36,771 nucleotides of DNA from an uncultured Acidimicrobiales bacterium. GTDB taxonomy: Bacteria > Actinomycetota > Acidimicrobiia > Acidimicrobiales > UBA10347. Each line of letters begins with the position of its first letter. Positions within the stretch are counted from its first letter, which is position 1. Shown in pieces: positions 24,294-33,047 of the stretch. A program made the translations under genes and the position numbers. The stretch covers positions 1-36,771 of the forward strand of contig CALDGN010000315.1 in NCBI GenBank assembly GCA_937942965.1, written 5' to 3'. The notes under the pieces were generated by a model. It made no database searches. It was given only the letters and a program-made list of their open reading frames with translations, and had not been told where the DNA came from.

Positions 24294-24314
24294 GAGCCCA
24301 TGCGGCGGGTGCGG

Positions 24315-24905
24315 TTAGCTCTCGCCGATCGTTGTGCCTGCCGAGCGCTCATCGAGCATGCCGCGAATGTTGGTGCGATGCCGGGCGATGATGATCGCGC
24401 CGACCGCGGCAACGGCGATTGATTCGGTGGCGGGGCGCCCGATGAGGATCGTGCCGATGATGACGGTCGGAACGCCGACCATGGCGCCCAGGAACGAACG
24501 GCCCGACAAGGTGGCGCTGCCGAGCCATGCCGCCAATCCGAATGGGATCAGGATCGGCCACGACGCAATCGTCAGCCCTCCGAAACAGGCGACGCCCTTG
24601 CCGCCTCGGCTCTCACGCAGGATCGGGTACATGTGGCCGAGGACCGCAGCGCAACCGCAAAGCACACCGAAGGTGGTGTCTTCGACGCCGCGTCCGAGCA
24701 GCGTCGGGCCGATGGCTTTGAGCATGTCGAACACGAGCGTGGCGATGCCAGCGCGCTTGCCCGCAATGCGAAACATATTGGTGGCCCCAGGGTTACCGGA
24801 GCCTTCCTCGATGGGATCGTGGCCCACAATGCGGCCGATCAGCAGGGCTGAAGGAAACGTTCCGAGGAGGAAGGACGCCGGCAACAGGAGCCAAACGAAA
24901 TCCAC
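24315..24905 (-). CDS. plsY: Glycerol-3-phosphate acyltransferase (acyl-phosphate dependent)
   Basis: 196-aa multi-pass membrane protein with the GSGNPGATN signature and KGVA motif. GTG start. Confidence 0.92.
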   Translation of the reverse strand: MDFVWLLLPASFLLGTFPSALLIGRIVGHDPIEEGSGNPGATNMFRIAGKRAGIATLVFDMLKAIGPTLLGRGVEDTTFGVLCGCAAVLGHMYPILRESRGGKGVACFGGLTIASWPILIPFGLAAWLGSATLSGRSFLGAMVGVPTVIIGTILIGRPATESIAVAAVGAIIIARHRTNIRGMLDERSAGTTIGES

Positions 24906-24928
24906 GGTCGGTAGTCTGGCAGCTCGCT

Positions 24929-25285
24929 ATGCCGACGTACGACTATCACTGTGACACGTGTGGGCTCGACTTCGAGCTCGAACAAGCTTTTTCCGAAGAC
25001 ACGCTGACGAAATGCCCGACCAAGAAGTCCGGGCGCAGCCCTGAGGGATGCGCCAAGAGCGGCCGGGGTTCGGTCACCAAGGTCTTCTCCGCCCCGGGCA
25101 TCACGTTCAAGGGGACGGGCTTCTACAAAAACGACAGCCGCGGCTCGTCAAGCTCAACGACGAGTTCCAGTTCGAGCTCAACGACGAGCTCGGGCTCGGA
25201 CTCATCGAGCAGCAGCAGCTCGTCTGACTCGTCGAGCAGCTCGGGGTCATCTTCGAGTTCGTCTTCAAGCTCTTCGTCGGACTGA
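24929..25285 (+). CDS. FmdB-family zinc-ribbon protein with poly-Ser C-terminal tail (Ruc/Rv0991c-like)
   Basis: MPTYDYHCDTCG..FE..Q.F.......CP...C...V.KVFS......KG.GFY..D, followed by about 45 residues that are almost all Ser/Thr/Asp/Gly. Confidence 0.88.
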   Translation: MPTYDYHCDTCGLDFELEQAFSEDTLTKCPTKKSGRSPEGCAKSGRGSVTKVFSAPGITFKGTGFYKNDSRGSSSSTTSSSSSSTTSSGSDSSSSSSSSDSSSSSGSSSSSSSSSSSD

Positions 25286-25350
25286 GTCCGACCGCGGGCC
25301 ATGCCCGCATCCAACCAGCTTCCCCCTGATGTTCGATCAAGGAGAAGCTC

Positions 25351-26037
25351 ATGCTCTCGATGCAGACCCGGCCTCGAAGCGACGCGCCTGCGGCGTCGCT
25401 GCCAGTGGAGTCCACGCCGAGACGAAAGCGACGGCGGGCACTGCGGGTCATCTGGACGCCCTCGTTGCTCCGGCGGATTGTGCGCCATCGCGGTGCTCGA
25501 ATCGTGGCCTGTCTCGTCGCTGCGCTGTTATCGCTTTCGGCGGTGGCAGGCGAACGGGCGGCGCTCCAGGCTGAACGCGAGTCCTGGGAAGCAACCGTGG
25601 TGGCTGTCGAGGTTGTCCGGTTCGTTCCGGCCGGTGGCGAGGTTGGTCGGGCGGTTCGCCTGGTCGAGCGGCCCGCTGCCGTCGTGCCTGATGGAGCGCT
25701 CGTGGCAATCCCGCTCGACGGTCTAGCTGCGGTTGATCTCGTGCCAGGCGAGCTGGTGCTCGCTCAACGGGTGCGCGATGCCGGGGAAGGTCAGCTCCCC
25801 GCTGGAACGGTGGCAATCACGATCGAACTCGATGGCGAGGCCGCGCTTGTTGCCCCTGGTGCGCTGGTCGACGTGTGGGCGACCGATGCCGCCAACTTCA
25901 GCTCACGGCGTGTCGTGCAGGCAGCGCTTGTGCTGCAACTCGACGACCGTGATCTGACGATCGCTATTCCTGAGGGCGCTGCCGGCACCGTCGCGGTCGC
26001 GTCGTTGCGTCCGCTGACCGTGACCGTCGTGCGCTGA
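25351..26037 (+). CDS. Membrane-anchored SAF/CpaB-like domain protein (tentative family call)
   Basis: AAGGAG (25339-25344) lies 6 nt before the ATG. Arg-rich N-terminus, one TM helix (IVACLVAALLSLSAVAG), then a beta-rich domain. Its position downstream of the fmdB-like gene matches other actinobacteria. Confidence 0.72.
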   Translation: MLSMQTRPRSDAPAASLPVESTPRRKRRRALRVIWTPSLLRRIVRHRGARIVACLVAALLSLSAVAGERAALQAERESWEATVVAVEVVRFVPAGGEVGRAVRLVERPAAVVPDGALVAIPLDGLAAVDLVPGELVLAQRVRDAGEGQLPAGTVAITIELDGEAALVAPGALVDVWATDAANFSSRRVVQAALVLQLDDRDLTIAIPEGAAGTVAVASLRPLTVTVVR

Positions 26038-26056
26038 ATCGGTTCTGGCAGAACCG

Positions 26057-27400
26057 CTATGCGCCACTCACGGTGACGTCGCCGACGACCAGCGACAGAC
26101 CCGCTGCGCTGCTGGGCAGCCAGTCGAGGTCGCCGCCAACTTCGATGACGTCGAGCAACATGCGCTGCAGTGTCGAACCAATGGTGAACTCACGGAGCGG
26201 TTCGGCAAGTTCGCCGTTGCGGATGCGCAAGCCGTCGGCGCCGGTCGAGAAGTCGCCACTCACCGGGTTCACACCCGAGTGCAGGCCTGACACGCCTTGG
26301 ATCAGCACACCGTCTTCGATGTCGGCGATCAGCTCAGCTTGTTCCCGGGTGCCGGGAGCGAGCGAGAGCGCAATAGTGCCGGCGCCTGGCGTCGACGTGA
26401 AGCCACGCACGGCATTGCCGGTCGACTCGGTGCCCAGGCGCCGGGCCGTGTAGCTGTTGTGCACGAACTTGTTGAGGCGGCCGCCCTCGATGAGGACGTT
26501 TCGGCGGGTCGCAAGACCTTCGCCATCAGCTTCGCCAGCGGTGAAGGCGTTCGGGTTGGTCGGATCGTCGACGAGCGTGAGCAGTTCGGAGCCGACGGTT
26601 TCGCCAAGGCGGTCGGCGAACAGCGAGCGGCCCTTGAGCACAGCCTCGCCGGACAAGGTGGCGCCGATGATGCCGATGAACTGGGCGGTCACCATTGGAT
26701 CGAGCACGACAGTGATGCGGCCGGTTTCGGGCTTGACGGCGCCGAGCAGCCGGGTCGAACGTTCGACGGCCATCTCGGCCGCCTTTTCCAAGTCCAACTC
26801 ACGTGGGTTGCGGCCAACGGCGTAGCCGAAGCCGATCTGGGTTTCTTCGTCGCCGCCGGCAATGACGGTCGAGGTGACGTAGCTGCCGGCGTCGCGTCCG
26901 CCGATACGGATGCCGCTGGTCGTGACGACCGCGGCTTCACTGATCGAGTCGGCGAAGTCAGCTGATTCGACGAGCACGACTCGTGGATCGCCGGCCTTGG
27001 TCATCTTCTCGAGTTTGAGCGCCAGCGCGATCTTGTCGTCGGTCGGAAAGTCAGCGACGGCCTGGTCGTAGAGATCCAGCTCGGCCATTGGCACGCCGTC
27101 AGGCTCAGCGAGCTTGAGGTCGGGGTCGACCGAACCGAAGGTCGCGTTGTCACGAGCTTCGGCGAGGGTCGAGTCGATGACGTCGGGGTCCAACGTGCCA
27201 GCCCAGGCGAATCCCTGGCGCTGGTTGTTGATGACCCGGATGCCGATGCCTTGCGAAGTCGCCGAGGTGAACGACTCGACGTCACCCTCGAAGACACGGA
27301 CCTCGGTCTCGCGTTCGTTGACGACGATGGCTTCGAGTTGTTCGCCGTCCTTGGCGCGGCCGACGATCCGGTCGCCAAGTTCCAGAAGTTCGTCGAGCAT
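26057..27400 (-). CDS. pmbA: PmbA/TldE-family protein (non-catalytic partner of TldD)
   Basis: 447-aa ORF with the family C-terminal GxHSGVNPVSGDFS region. No HExxxH motif. Its start overlaps the tldD stop (TGATG at 27398-27402). Confidence 0.9.
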   Translation of the reverse strand: MLDELLELGDRIVGRAKDGEQLEAIVVNERETEVRVFEGDVESFTSATSQGIGIRVINNQRQGFAWAGTLDPDVIDSTLAEARDNATFGSVDPDLKLAEPDGVPMAELDLYDQAVADFPTDDKIALALKLEKMTKAGDPRVVLVESADFADSISEAAVVTTSGIRIGGRDAGSYVTSTVIAGGDEETQIGFGYAVGRNPRELDLEKAAEMAVERSTRLLGAVKPETGRITVVLDPMVTAQFIGIIGATLSGEAVLKGRSLFADRLGETVGSELLTLVDDPTNPNAFTAGEADGEGLATRRNVLIEGGRLNKFVHNSYTARRLGTESTGNAVRGFTSTPGAGTIALSLAPGTREQAELIADIEDGVLIQGVSGLHSGVNPVSGDFSTGADGLRIRNGELAEPLREFTIGSTLQRMLLDVIEVGGDLDWLPSSAAGLSLVVGDVTVSGA

Positions 27401-28791
27401 CAGGCTGCGGTGCCGCCGACGGTAAGGGCGGGGACTCGAAGGGTGGGCGTACCGTCGCCAACGGGAACGCCTTGGCCATCTTTGCCGCAGGTGCCGGGGG
27501 CGCCCATCTCGAAGTCGTTGCCGAGAGCATCGATGCTGGTGAGGACCTCGGGGCCGTTGCCGATGAGGTTGCCTTCGCGGATCGGTTCGGTGATCTCGCC
27601 GTTCTCGATCAGGTACGCCTCGGTCATGCCGAAGACGAAATCGCCGCTGACGGTGTTGACCTGCCCGCCGCCGAGCTGGGCGACATAGATGCCCGAATCG
27701 GTGTCGGCGATGATGTCTTCGGGATCGGTTTCACCATTGGCGATGTAGGTGTTCGTCATGCGAACCATCGGTAGGTACTTGTAGCTCTGGCGGCGACCAT
27801 TGCCGCTGCTGGGGCGACCCTCGGCACGAGCACGCAGCTCGTCCCACATGAAGTCGAGCAAGATGCCGTCTTCGATGAGCACGTTGCGCTGGGCGGGCTT
27901 GCCTTCGTCGTCGATGGCGTACGCGCCCCACTCGTGCGGCATGGTGCCATCGTCGATGACGGTGACGAGCGGGCTGGCGACGAGTTCGCCGACACGGCCG
28001 GCGAAGACCGTTGCCTGCTTGGCGACGTGGTCGGCTTCGAGACCATGGCCGCAAGCTTCGTGGAACAGCACGCCGCCGCCACCCTTACCGATGACCGTGG
28101 TGACGGCCCCCGATGGTGCAGGACGGGCGCCGAGCTTGGTGATGGCACGATTCGCGGCCTTGACGGCAAGATCGGTCACGTCGTACTGGTCGAAGAGTTC
28201 GAAGCCCATCGTGTGGCCGATCGACTCGCGGCCGGTCTGCATGCCGGTGTCACCGAGGGCAACACACGAAACGGAGAAACGGGTCTTGACCTGGTCGTCG
28301 CCCGTCAGCAGACCATCGCTGTTGGCGATCTGGATGCGACGACGCACGTCGCCGTAGCCGACCGAGACCTGTGCGATCGAGTCGCCGACCTGGCGGGCGG
28401 CGTCGTTCGCGAGTTCGAGCAGTTCGACCTTGCGCTGCTTGGCGACGGTCTCGGGCATGACCTTGACGGGGCTCGGCGAATCGACGTGCTGCGACGACAG
28501 ATCAACGGTGCGAACACCGCCGTTGCCGTCGCGTGCAGCATCAGCAGCAGCGGTCGCAGCCTGGAGCAGGCCGCGCTCGGTGAGGTCTGCGGTGTGGGCG
28601 AATCCGGTTGATTCTCCAACGATGACTCGGATGCCCGCGCCCCGGCTTCGCCCCGAGGACAGTTCCTCGATTCGGTTGTCGTCGAGCAGTGCTCCAGAGG
28701 ACTGTCGGTCCTCGACAAAGATCTCGGCGAATTTGCCGCCGCGGGCAGTTGCCGCAGCCAGCGTGTTTTCGAGGGTGCCCTGATCGATCAT
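27400..28791 (-). CDS. tldD: TldD-family metalloprotease
   Basis: 463-aa ORF with HEACGHGLEADH (HExxxH) and GG.VN..SGDFVF. A strong SD, GAGGAGGA, lies upstream of ATG 28791. Confidence 0.92.
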   Translation of the reverse strand: MIDQGTLENTLAAATARGGKFAEIFVEDRQSSGALLDDNRIEELSSGRSRGAGIRVIVGESTGFAHTADLTERGLLQAATAAADAARDGNGGVRTVDLSSQHVDSPSPVKVMPETVAKQRKVELLELANDAARQVGDSIAQVSVGYGDVRRRIQIANSDGLLTGDDQVKTRFSVSCVALGDTGMQTGRESIGHTMGFELFDQYDVTDLAVKAANRAITKLGARPAPSGAVTTVIGKGGGGVLFHEACGHGLEADHVAKQATVFAGRVGELVASPLVTVIDDGTMPHEWGAYAIDDEGKPAQRNVLIEDGILLDFMWDELRARAEGRPSSGNGRRQSYKYLPMVRMTNTYIANGETDPEDIIADTDSGIYVAQLGGGQVNTVSGDFVFGMTEAYLIENGEITEPIREGNLIGNGPEVLTSIDALGNDFEMGAPGTCGKDGQGVPVGDGTPTLRVPALTVGGTAA

Positions 28792-28860
28792 CGTCCTCCT
28801 CGGCCGTCAATAAGGACGGCGGACGGTTCTGCCGCGACGGTCGTCGTAGCACGGCGAGGT

Positions 28861-29313
28861 GTGCCGTATGGTACCCAGGTGCCGATCGAACCGGGAGTCC
28901 AGGCGCGGACCGTCCATCTTGTGGACGAAGCGGACACCGCCGTCGCAATGGGGACTGGCGAAGTACCCGTCTTGGCTACGTCGCGCCTGGTCGCATGGAG
29001 CGAGCAGACGTCGCTCGAAGCCATGGGAGACCAGGTCCCCGAAGGCTCGACCACGGTCGCAATGCGTGTGCACCTGGATCACCTCAAGGCCGCTTCGGTT
29101 GGCTGTCAGGTCACGACGATCGCCACGTTGGAACGCATCGAAGGACGTCGCTACATCTTTGTCGTCACGAACCTTGACACGGGTAACGAAGTTCTCGCAC
29201 AAGGTCGGATCGTGCGCGTCATTGTTGAGACTGCGCCGTTCTTGGACTCTGCCTGCCAGGGAAGCCCCGCCGGCCTCGCCGATGGCGGGTCCTCCAGTGA
29301 TGTGGGCGCCTGA
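28861..29313 (+). CDS. Hot-dog fold thioesterase, FlK (fluoroacetyl-CoA thioesterase)-like family
   Basis: VLATSRLVAWSEQ...EGSTTVAMRVHLDHLKAA..G..V...A.LERIEGRR parallels FlK VFATGFMVGLMEW...GTAICVTHTAA...VEGRR. The positions equivalent to the Thr, Glu and His are conserved. GTG start. Confidence 0.75.
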   Translation: MPYGTQVPIEPGVQARTVHLVDEADTAVAMGTGEVPVLATSRLVAWSEQTSLEAMGDQVPEGSTTVAMRVHLDHLKAASVGCQVTTIATLERIEGRRYIFVVTNLDTGNEVLAQGRIVRVIVETAPFLDSACQGSPAGLADGGSSSDVGA

Positions 29314-29343
29314 GGTTCGGCGCACCATGACGAGTATCTGGCC

Positions 29344-30339
29344 ATGACGCCGAAATCAGCGCTGATTCTTCTGCTGCGCATCGGCGTCAGCGTCGGTCTC
29401 TTGGTGTTCCTCTTTGTCACCGTCGATATCGATTTCGATGAGCTGTGGCCCGACGACGGGCAAGCAGTGATGTGGCTGGTCATCGCATTCGGCTGCATGG
29501 TCGGTTCGCTCGTGCTGGCGTCCTTCCGCTGGCAACAGGTCTGTCGGGCGCTGGGTCTTTCGATCCCCACAGTGCGCCTCTTCTGGCACACGATCGCTGG
29601 CCAGTTCCTCTCGAACTTCGTGCCCACGACCGTCGGCGGCGACGTCTTGCGCGTGAGTCGCCTCGGCAAAGAGACCGGCGACCGACCCACCAGCTTCACC
29701 ACGGTGATCCTGGAACGGCTCAGCGGCTGGATGGTGTTGCCCGCCTCGATCTTCGTCGGATTGGCGTCGGACCCTGCATTGCGGGCCCTGGGAGCGGCCA
29801 CTCGCGGTGCCATGGTCGCCGCGATCGTCACCCTTGTGGCGCTGATGCTCATCATCATCGCCGCAGGCAACGACCTGACCGGCCGGCTGCTCGAACGCTA
29901 TGAGGGCCCGCTGGCGTGGCTCCACGCCGTCCACGAGGGCCTCGACGTCTTGCGAGCTCGCCCTCGCCAGATCATCCGCATCCTCGCAACCGGTGCCGCC
30001 TATCAGGGCATGTTGATCATCGCCTTCTGGGCCGCGGCGCAATCGATCGGCATCGAAGGCTTCGGCGTTCGAGCCGCAGCCGCATTCGTGCCCGCCGTCC
30101 TCATCGTGCAGGTGCTTCCGCTCGGCATCGGCGGCCTCGGCGTTCGCGAAGGAGCGCTGGTGCTTTTCCTCGGCAGCCTCGATGTGCCCGACGAACAGGC
30201 CGTGGCGCTCGGGCTCACGATCTATGCGCTGACGATCCTGATGTCACTGCTTGGGCTTCCGTCGCTCGTCTTTGGCGGCGGTTTGGGCGACGACGAAGAC
30301 GACGACTCGCTTCCCGTCGACGCCCCGACCGGGAGTTAA
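29344..30339 (+). CDS. UPF0104 / lysyl-phosphatidylglycerol-synthase-TM (MprF flippase-like) domain membrane protein
   Basis: 331-aa multi-pass membrane protein. Contains R.Q....LG......F......G.F.N...P...GGD..R, typical of the family. No C-terminal synthase domain. Confidence 0.83.
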   Translation: MTPKSALILLLRIGVSVGLLVFLFVTVDIDFDELWPDDGQAVMWLVIAFGCMVGSLVLASFRWQQVCRALGLSIPTVRLFWHTIAGQFLSNFVPTTVGGDVLRVSRLGKETGDRPTSFTTVILERLSGWMVLPASIFVGLASDPALRALGAATRGAMVAAIVTLVALMLIIIAAGNDLTGRLLERYEGPLAWLHAVHEGLDVLRARPRQIIRILATGAAYQGMLIIAFWAAAQSIGIEGFGVRAAAAFVPAVLIVQVLPLGIGGLGVREGALVLFLGSLDVPDEQAVALGLTIYALTILMSLLGLPSLVFGGGLGDDEDDDSLPVDAPTGS

Positions 30340-30343
30340 CCGG

Positions 30344-31198
30344 GTGCCTGTTCGGCTCCCGTTCCAGCTTCCTCCGGTCGTCAAGGAGGCAGTCCTGATC
30401 GGCGGCGTCTATGTGGCGTACTCGTTCGTGCGGAACGAGTTCGGCTCGGCTGCTGTCGAACCAGCGGCCGCGGCCCGTAATGCCGACCGCATCATCGACA
30501 TCGAGCGGGCGATGGGGCTCTACATCGAAGCCGACGTGCAAGAGGCGTTCATCGACTGGACCGCATTCATCCAGTTCTGGAACTTGTTCTACGGGGTCTT
30601 TCACTTCTTGGTGACGTTTGTCTGCCTGATCTGGATGTACCGAAGCCACAACGACCGCTATCGGTTCTGGCGCCGGGCAGGCCTGATCGGCACGTCGACG
30701 GCGCTGCTCGGTTACGCCGTGTTCCCACTCATGCCGCCCCGGTTGCTCGGCGACTGTGGCCTCTACGGCGCCTGCCGCAGCGACAGTCCCTACATCGACA
30801 CCGTCAATGACATCGGCGGCATCTGGTCGTTTGAGCAGTCGGGAATGGAAGCGATCTCGAACCAGTACGCCGCCATGCCGAGCCTGCACATTGGCTGGGC
30901 GCTGTGGTGTGCCCTGCTGCTCGTCCCGAGACTGCGAACACCATGGGCCAAGGGAATCGCGGCTGCGTATCCGCTCCTCACCCTGTTCGCGATCGTGGTG
31001 ACCGCGAACCACTACTGGATCGATGGCCTGGGCGGCGTAGCCGTGATCGCGTTCGGTTGGGCGGTGAGCACCGCATGGGAACGGTGGTGGATTGCACCGA
31101 GACAGGAGCGCCTTGGGGAGAAATCCCCACAGGATTCGGGCCCGCTCGAATCGGGCGGACGAGAAATCGGCAGTAGCGTGTCGGTTGGTGATGCTTAG
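30344..31198 (+). CDS. PAP2-superfamily, Aur1/IPC-synthase-like (PAP2_3-type) membrane phosphotransferase
   Basis: Multi-pass membrane protein with AMPSLHIGW (SxH) and TANHYWIDG (HxxxD) motifs. A GTG start at 30344, 4 nt after the preceding stop, is preferred; the longer ORF from 30251 overlaps the upstream gene. Confidence 0.8.
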   Translation: MPVRLPFQLPPVVKEAVLIGGVYVAYSFVRNEFGSAAVEPAAAARNADRIIDIERAMGLYIEADVQEAFIDWTAFIQFWNLFYGVFHFLVTFVCLIWMYRSHNDRYRFWRRAGLIGTSTALLGYAVFPLMPPRLLGDCGLYGACRSDSPYIDTVNDIGGIWSFEQSGMEAISNQYAAMPSLHIGWALWCALLLVPRLRTPWAKGIAAAYPLLTLFAIVVTANHYWIDGLGGVAVIAFGWAVSTAWERWWIAPRQERLGEKSPQDSGPLESGGREIGSSVSVGDA

Positions 31199-33047
31199 TA
31201 GCGCCATGCAGCCCGCCGACCTTCGTCGGCTCTCCTCGGCTCAGCTCGAAGAGCTGTGCGCAGACCTGCGCGAGGCGATTCTCGACGCGGTCGGGATTCA
31301 GGGCGGGCACCTCGGCTCCAACCTCGGCATCGTTGAGCTCACCGTCGCGCTGCATCGGGTGTTTGATTCGCCCCACGACGTGCTGCTGTTCGACACGGGC
31401 CACCAGGCGTATGCCCACAAGATGCTCACGGGCCGTCTCGACGACTTCGCCACACTGCGTACGACCGACGGCCTGTCTGGCTATCCGTCGCAGGGCGAGA
31501 GCGAACACGACTGGATCGAGAACAGCCACGCCTCGACGGCGCTGAGTTATGCGCACGGTCTCGCCACGGCGTTCAGCAAGAACGCCGGCAACACTCGCAA
31601 GGTCGTCGCCGTTGTCGGCGATGGTTCGATGACCGGTGGCATGGCCTTCGAAGGCCTCAACAACCTCGGACACGCCGACGCCAACGTCACGATCGTGCTG
31701 AACGACAATGGCCGTTCCTACGCCCCAACGGTCTCTCGCTTGGGTGACTCGCTCGCTCGGCTACGGGTGAACCCGACGTTCGTCCGGTCGCAGAGCCGCA
31801 TGGAGAAGCTGATCGGTGACGTGCCGCTCGTTGGCCGCGAGGTCGAGCGTGCGCTCGACGCCGCCAAGGCAGCCGTGCGCGAGATGTGGGAGCCGACCTC
31901 GTTCTTCGAGAACCTCGGCGTTCGCTACACCGGACCGTTCGACGGCCACGACATCGACGGGCTTGAGCACGCACTTCGCAACGCCGCTGAAATCGACGGC
32001 CCGGTCGTCGTGCACGTACGCACCGACAAGGGCCGTGGCTATGCGCCGGCCGAGAACGACCCCGTCAAGAAGATGCACGACACGGGCCCGTTCAAGGTCG
32101 AGCCCAAGCCCGGCGCTGCCGATGATCCTCCTCGCGGCAAGTTCACCGCCGCGTTCGCCGAAGCGATCGTCAAGGTCGGCGAACGTGTGCCCGAAGTCGT
32201 CGCGCTGACTGCCGCAATGCCTGACTCGACCGGACTGCTCCCGTTCGCAAATCGGTTCCCGGATCGTGCCTACGACGTCGGCATCGCCGAACAACATGCC
32301 GTGACGATGGCAGCCGGTATGGCCATGGGTGGCCTGCGCCCGATCGTGGCGATCTACTCCAGCTTCCTGACCCGGGCGATCGACCAAATCAACCTCGACG
32401 TCGGCCTGCACCGGCTACCGGTCATCTTCGCGGTCGACCGTGCCGGTGTGACTGGCCCCGATGGGCCCTCAGCGCACGGCGTGCTCGACATGGTGCTGCT
32501 CTCCAAGGTGCCGGGCATGACCATGCTGGCACCGTCGTCGTACGAAGAAGTCGGCCTCATGCTCGACGAGGCGCTTGAGATCACCGATGGTCCGGTCGCG
32601 ATCCGCTGGCCTCGCACCAGCGCCCGAATGGTGAGCGAAGCCGAAATCGGCACCGGGCTGCGTGCTCGCAAGGTGCAGTCGGGAGAGCGAGTCTGCTTGC
32701 TCGCCGTCGGCAAAATGGTCGAAGCCGCTGAGCTCGCCGCCGCAATCCTGGCTGCGGACGATGTCACTGCGACTGTCTACGACGTGCGCTGCGTCAAGCC
32801 GCTCGATCCCGACATGCTGGCTGACGCTGGATCCCACGACATCGTCGTCACAGTCGAAGACGGCCTTGCTGCTGGCGGCGTCGGCTCGTGGATCGCTCAT
32901 GAGCTCGCCGAGGCCGAGTCGCCGCCCCGAGTGCGAGTCATGGGCTTGCCCGACACCTACATCCGCCACGGCGATCCTGACGAGCTCCTCGCCGAGCTCG
33001 GCCTCGACGCCGCCGGCATCGCCACCGAAGTCCGTCGCTGGCTCTAA
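31191..33047 (+). CDS. dxs: 1-deoxy-D-xylulose-5-phosphate synthase
   Basis: GGHLGSNLG.VELT.ALH, D.GHQ.Y.HK.LTGR, the TPP motif GDGSMTGGMAFEGLNN, and a transketolase-like C-terminal half. Start is ATG 31191 (8-nt overlap with the PAP2 gene) or ATG 31206. Confidence 0.93.
   Translation: MLSSAMQPADLRRLSSAQLEELCADLREAILDAVGIQGGHLGSNLGIVELTVALHRVFDSPHDVLLFDTGHQAYAHKMLTGRLDDFATLRTTDGLSGYPSQGESEHDWIENSHASTALSYAHGLATAFSKNAGNTRKVVAVVGDGSMTGGMAFEGLNNLGHADANVTIVLNDNGRSYAPTVSRLGDSLARLRVNPTFVRSQSRMEKLIGDVPLVGREVERALDAAKAAVREMWEPTSFFENLGVRYTGPFDGHDIDGLEHALRNAAEIDGPVVVHVRTDKGRGYAPAENDPVKKMHDTGPFKVEPKPGAADDPPRGKFTAAFAEAIVKVGERVPEVVALTAAMPDSTGLLPFANRFPDRAYDVGIAEQHAVTMAAGMAMGGLRPIVAIYSSFLTRAIDQINLDVGLHRLPVIFAVDRAGVTGPDGPSAHGVLDMVLLSKVPGMTMLAPSSYEEVGLMLDEALEITDGPVAIRWPRTSARMVSEAEIGTGLRARKVQSGERVCLLAVGKMVEAAELAAAILAADDVTATVYDVRCVKPLDPDMLADAGSHDIVVTVEDGLAAGGVGSWIAHELAEAESPPRVRVMGLPDTYIRHGDPDELLAELGLDAAGIATEVRRWL

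Noticed and set aside
28807-29347. Competing ORFs 28807-29328 (minus strand, 173 aa) and 28859-29347 (plus strand, 162 aa)
   Set aside because: The frame at 28861-29313 gives a clear FlK-like hot-dog thioesterase pattern. The other two frames are Arg/Ser-rich and have no motifs.
30251-30343. Upstream 31 codons of the PAP2-like ORF
   Set aside because: They overlap the 3' end of the preceding membrane-protein gene. A GTG at 30344, 4 nt after that gene's stop, precedes the first hydrophobic segment.
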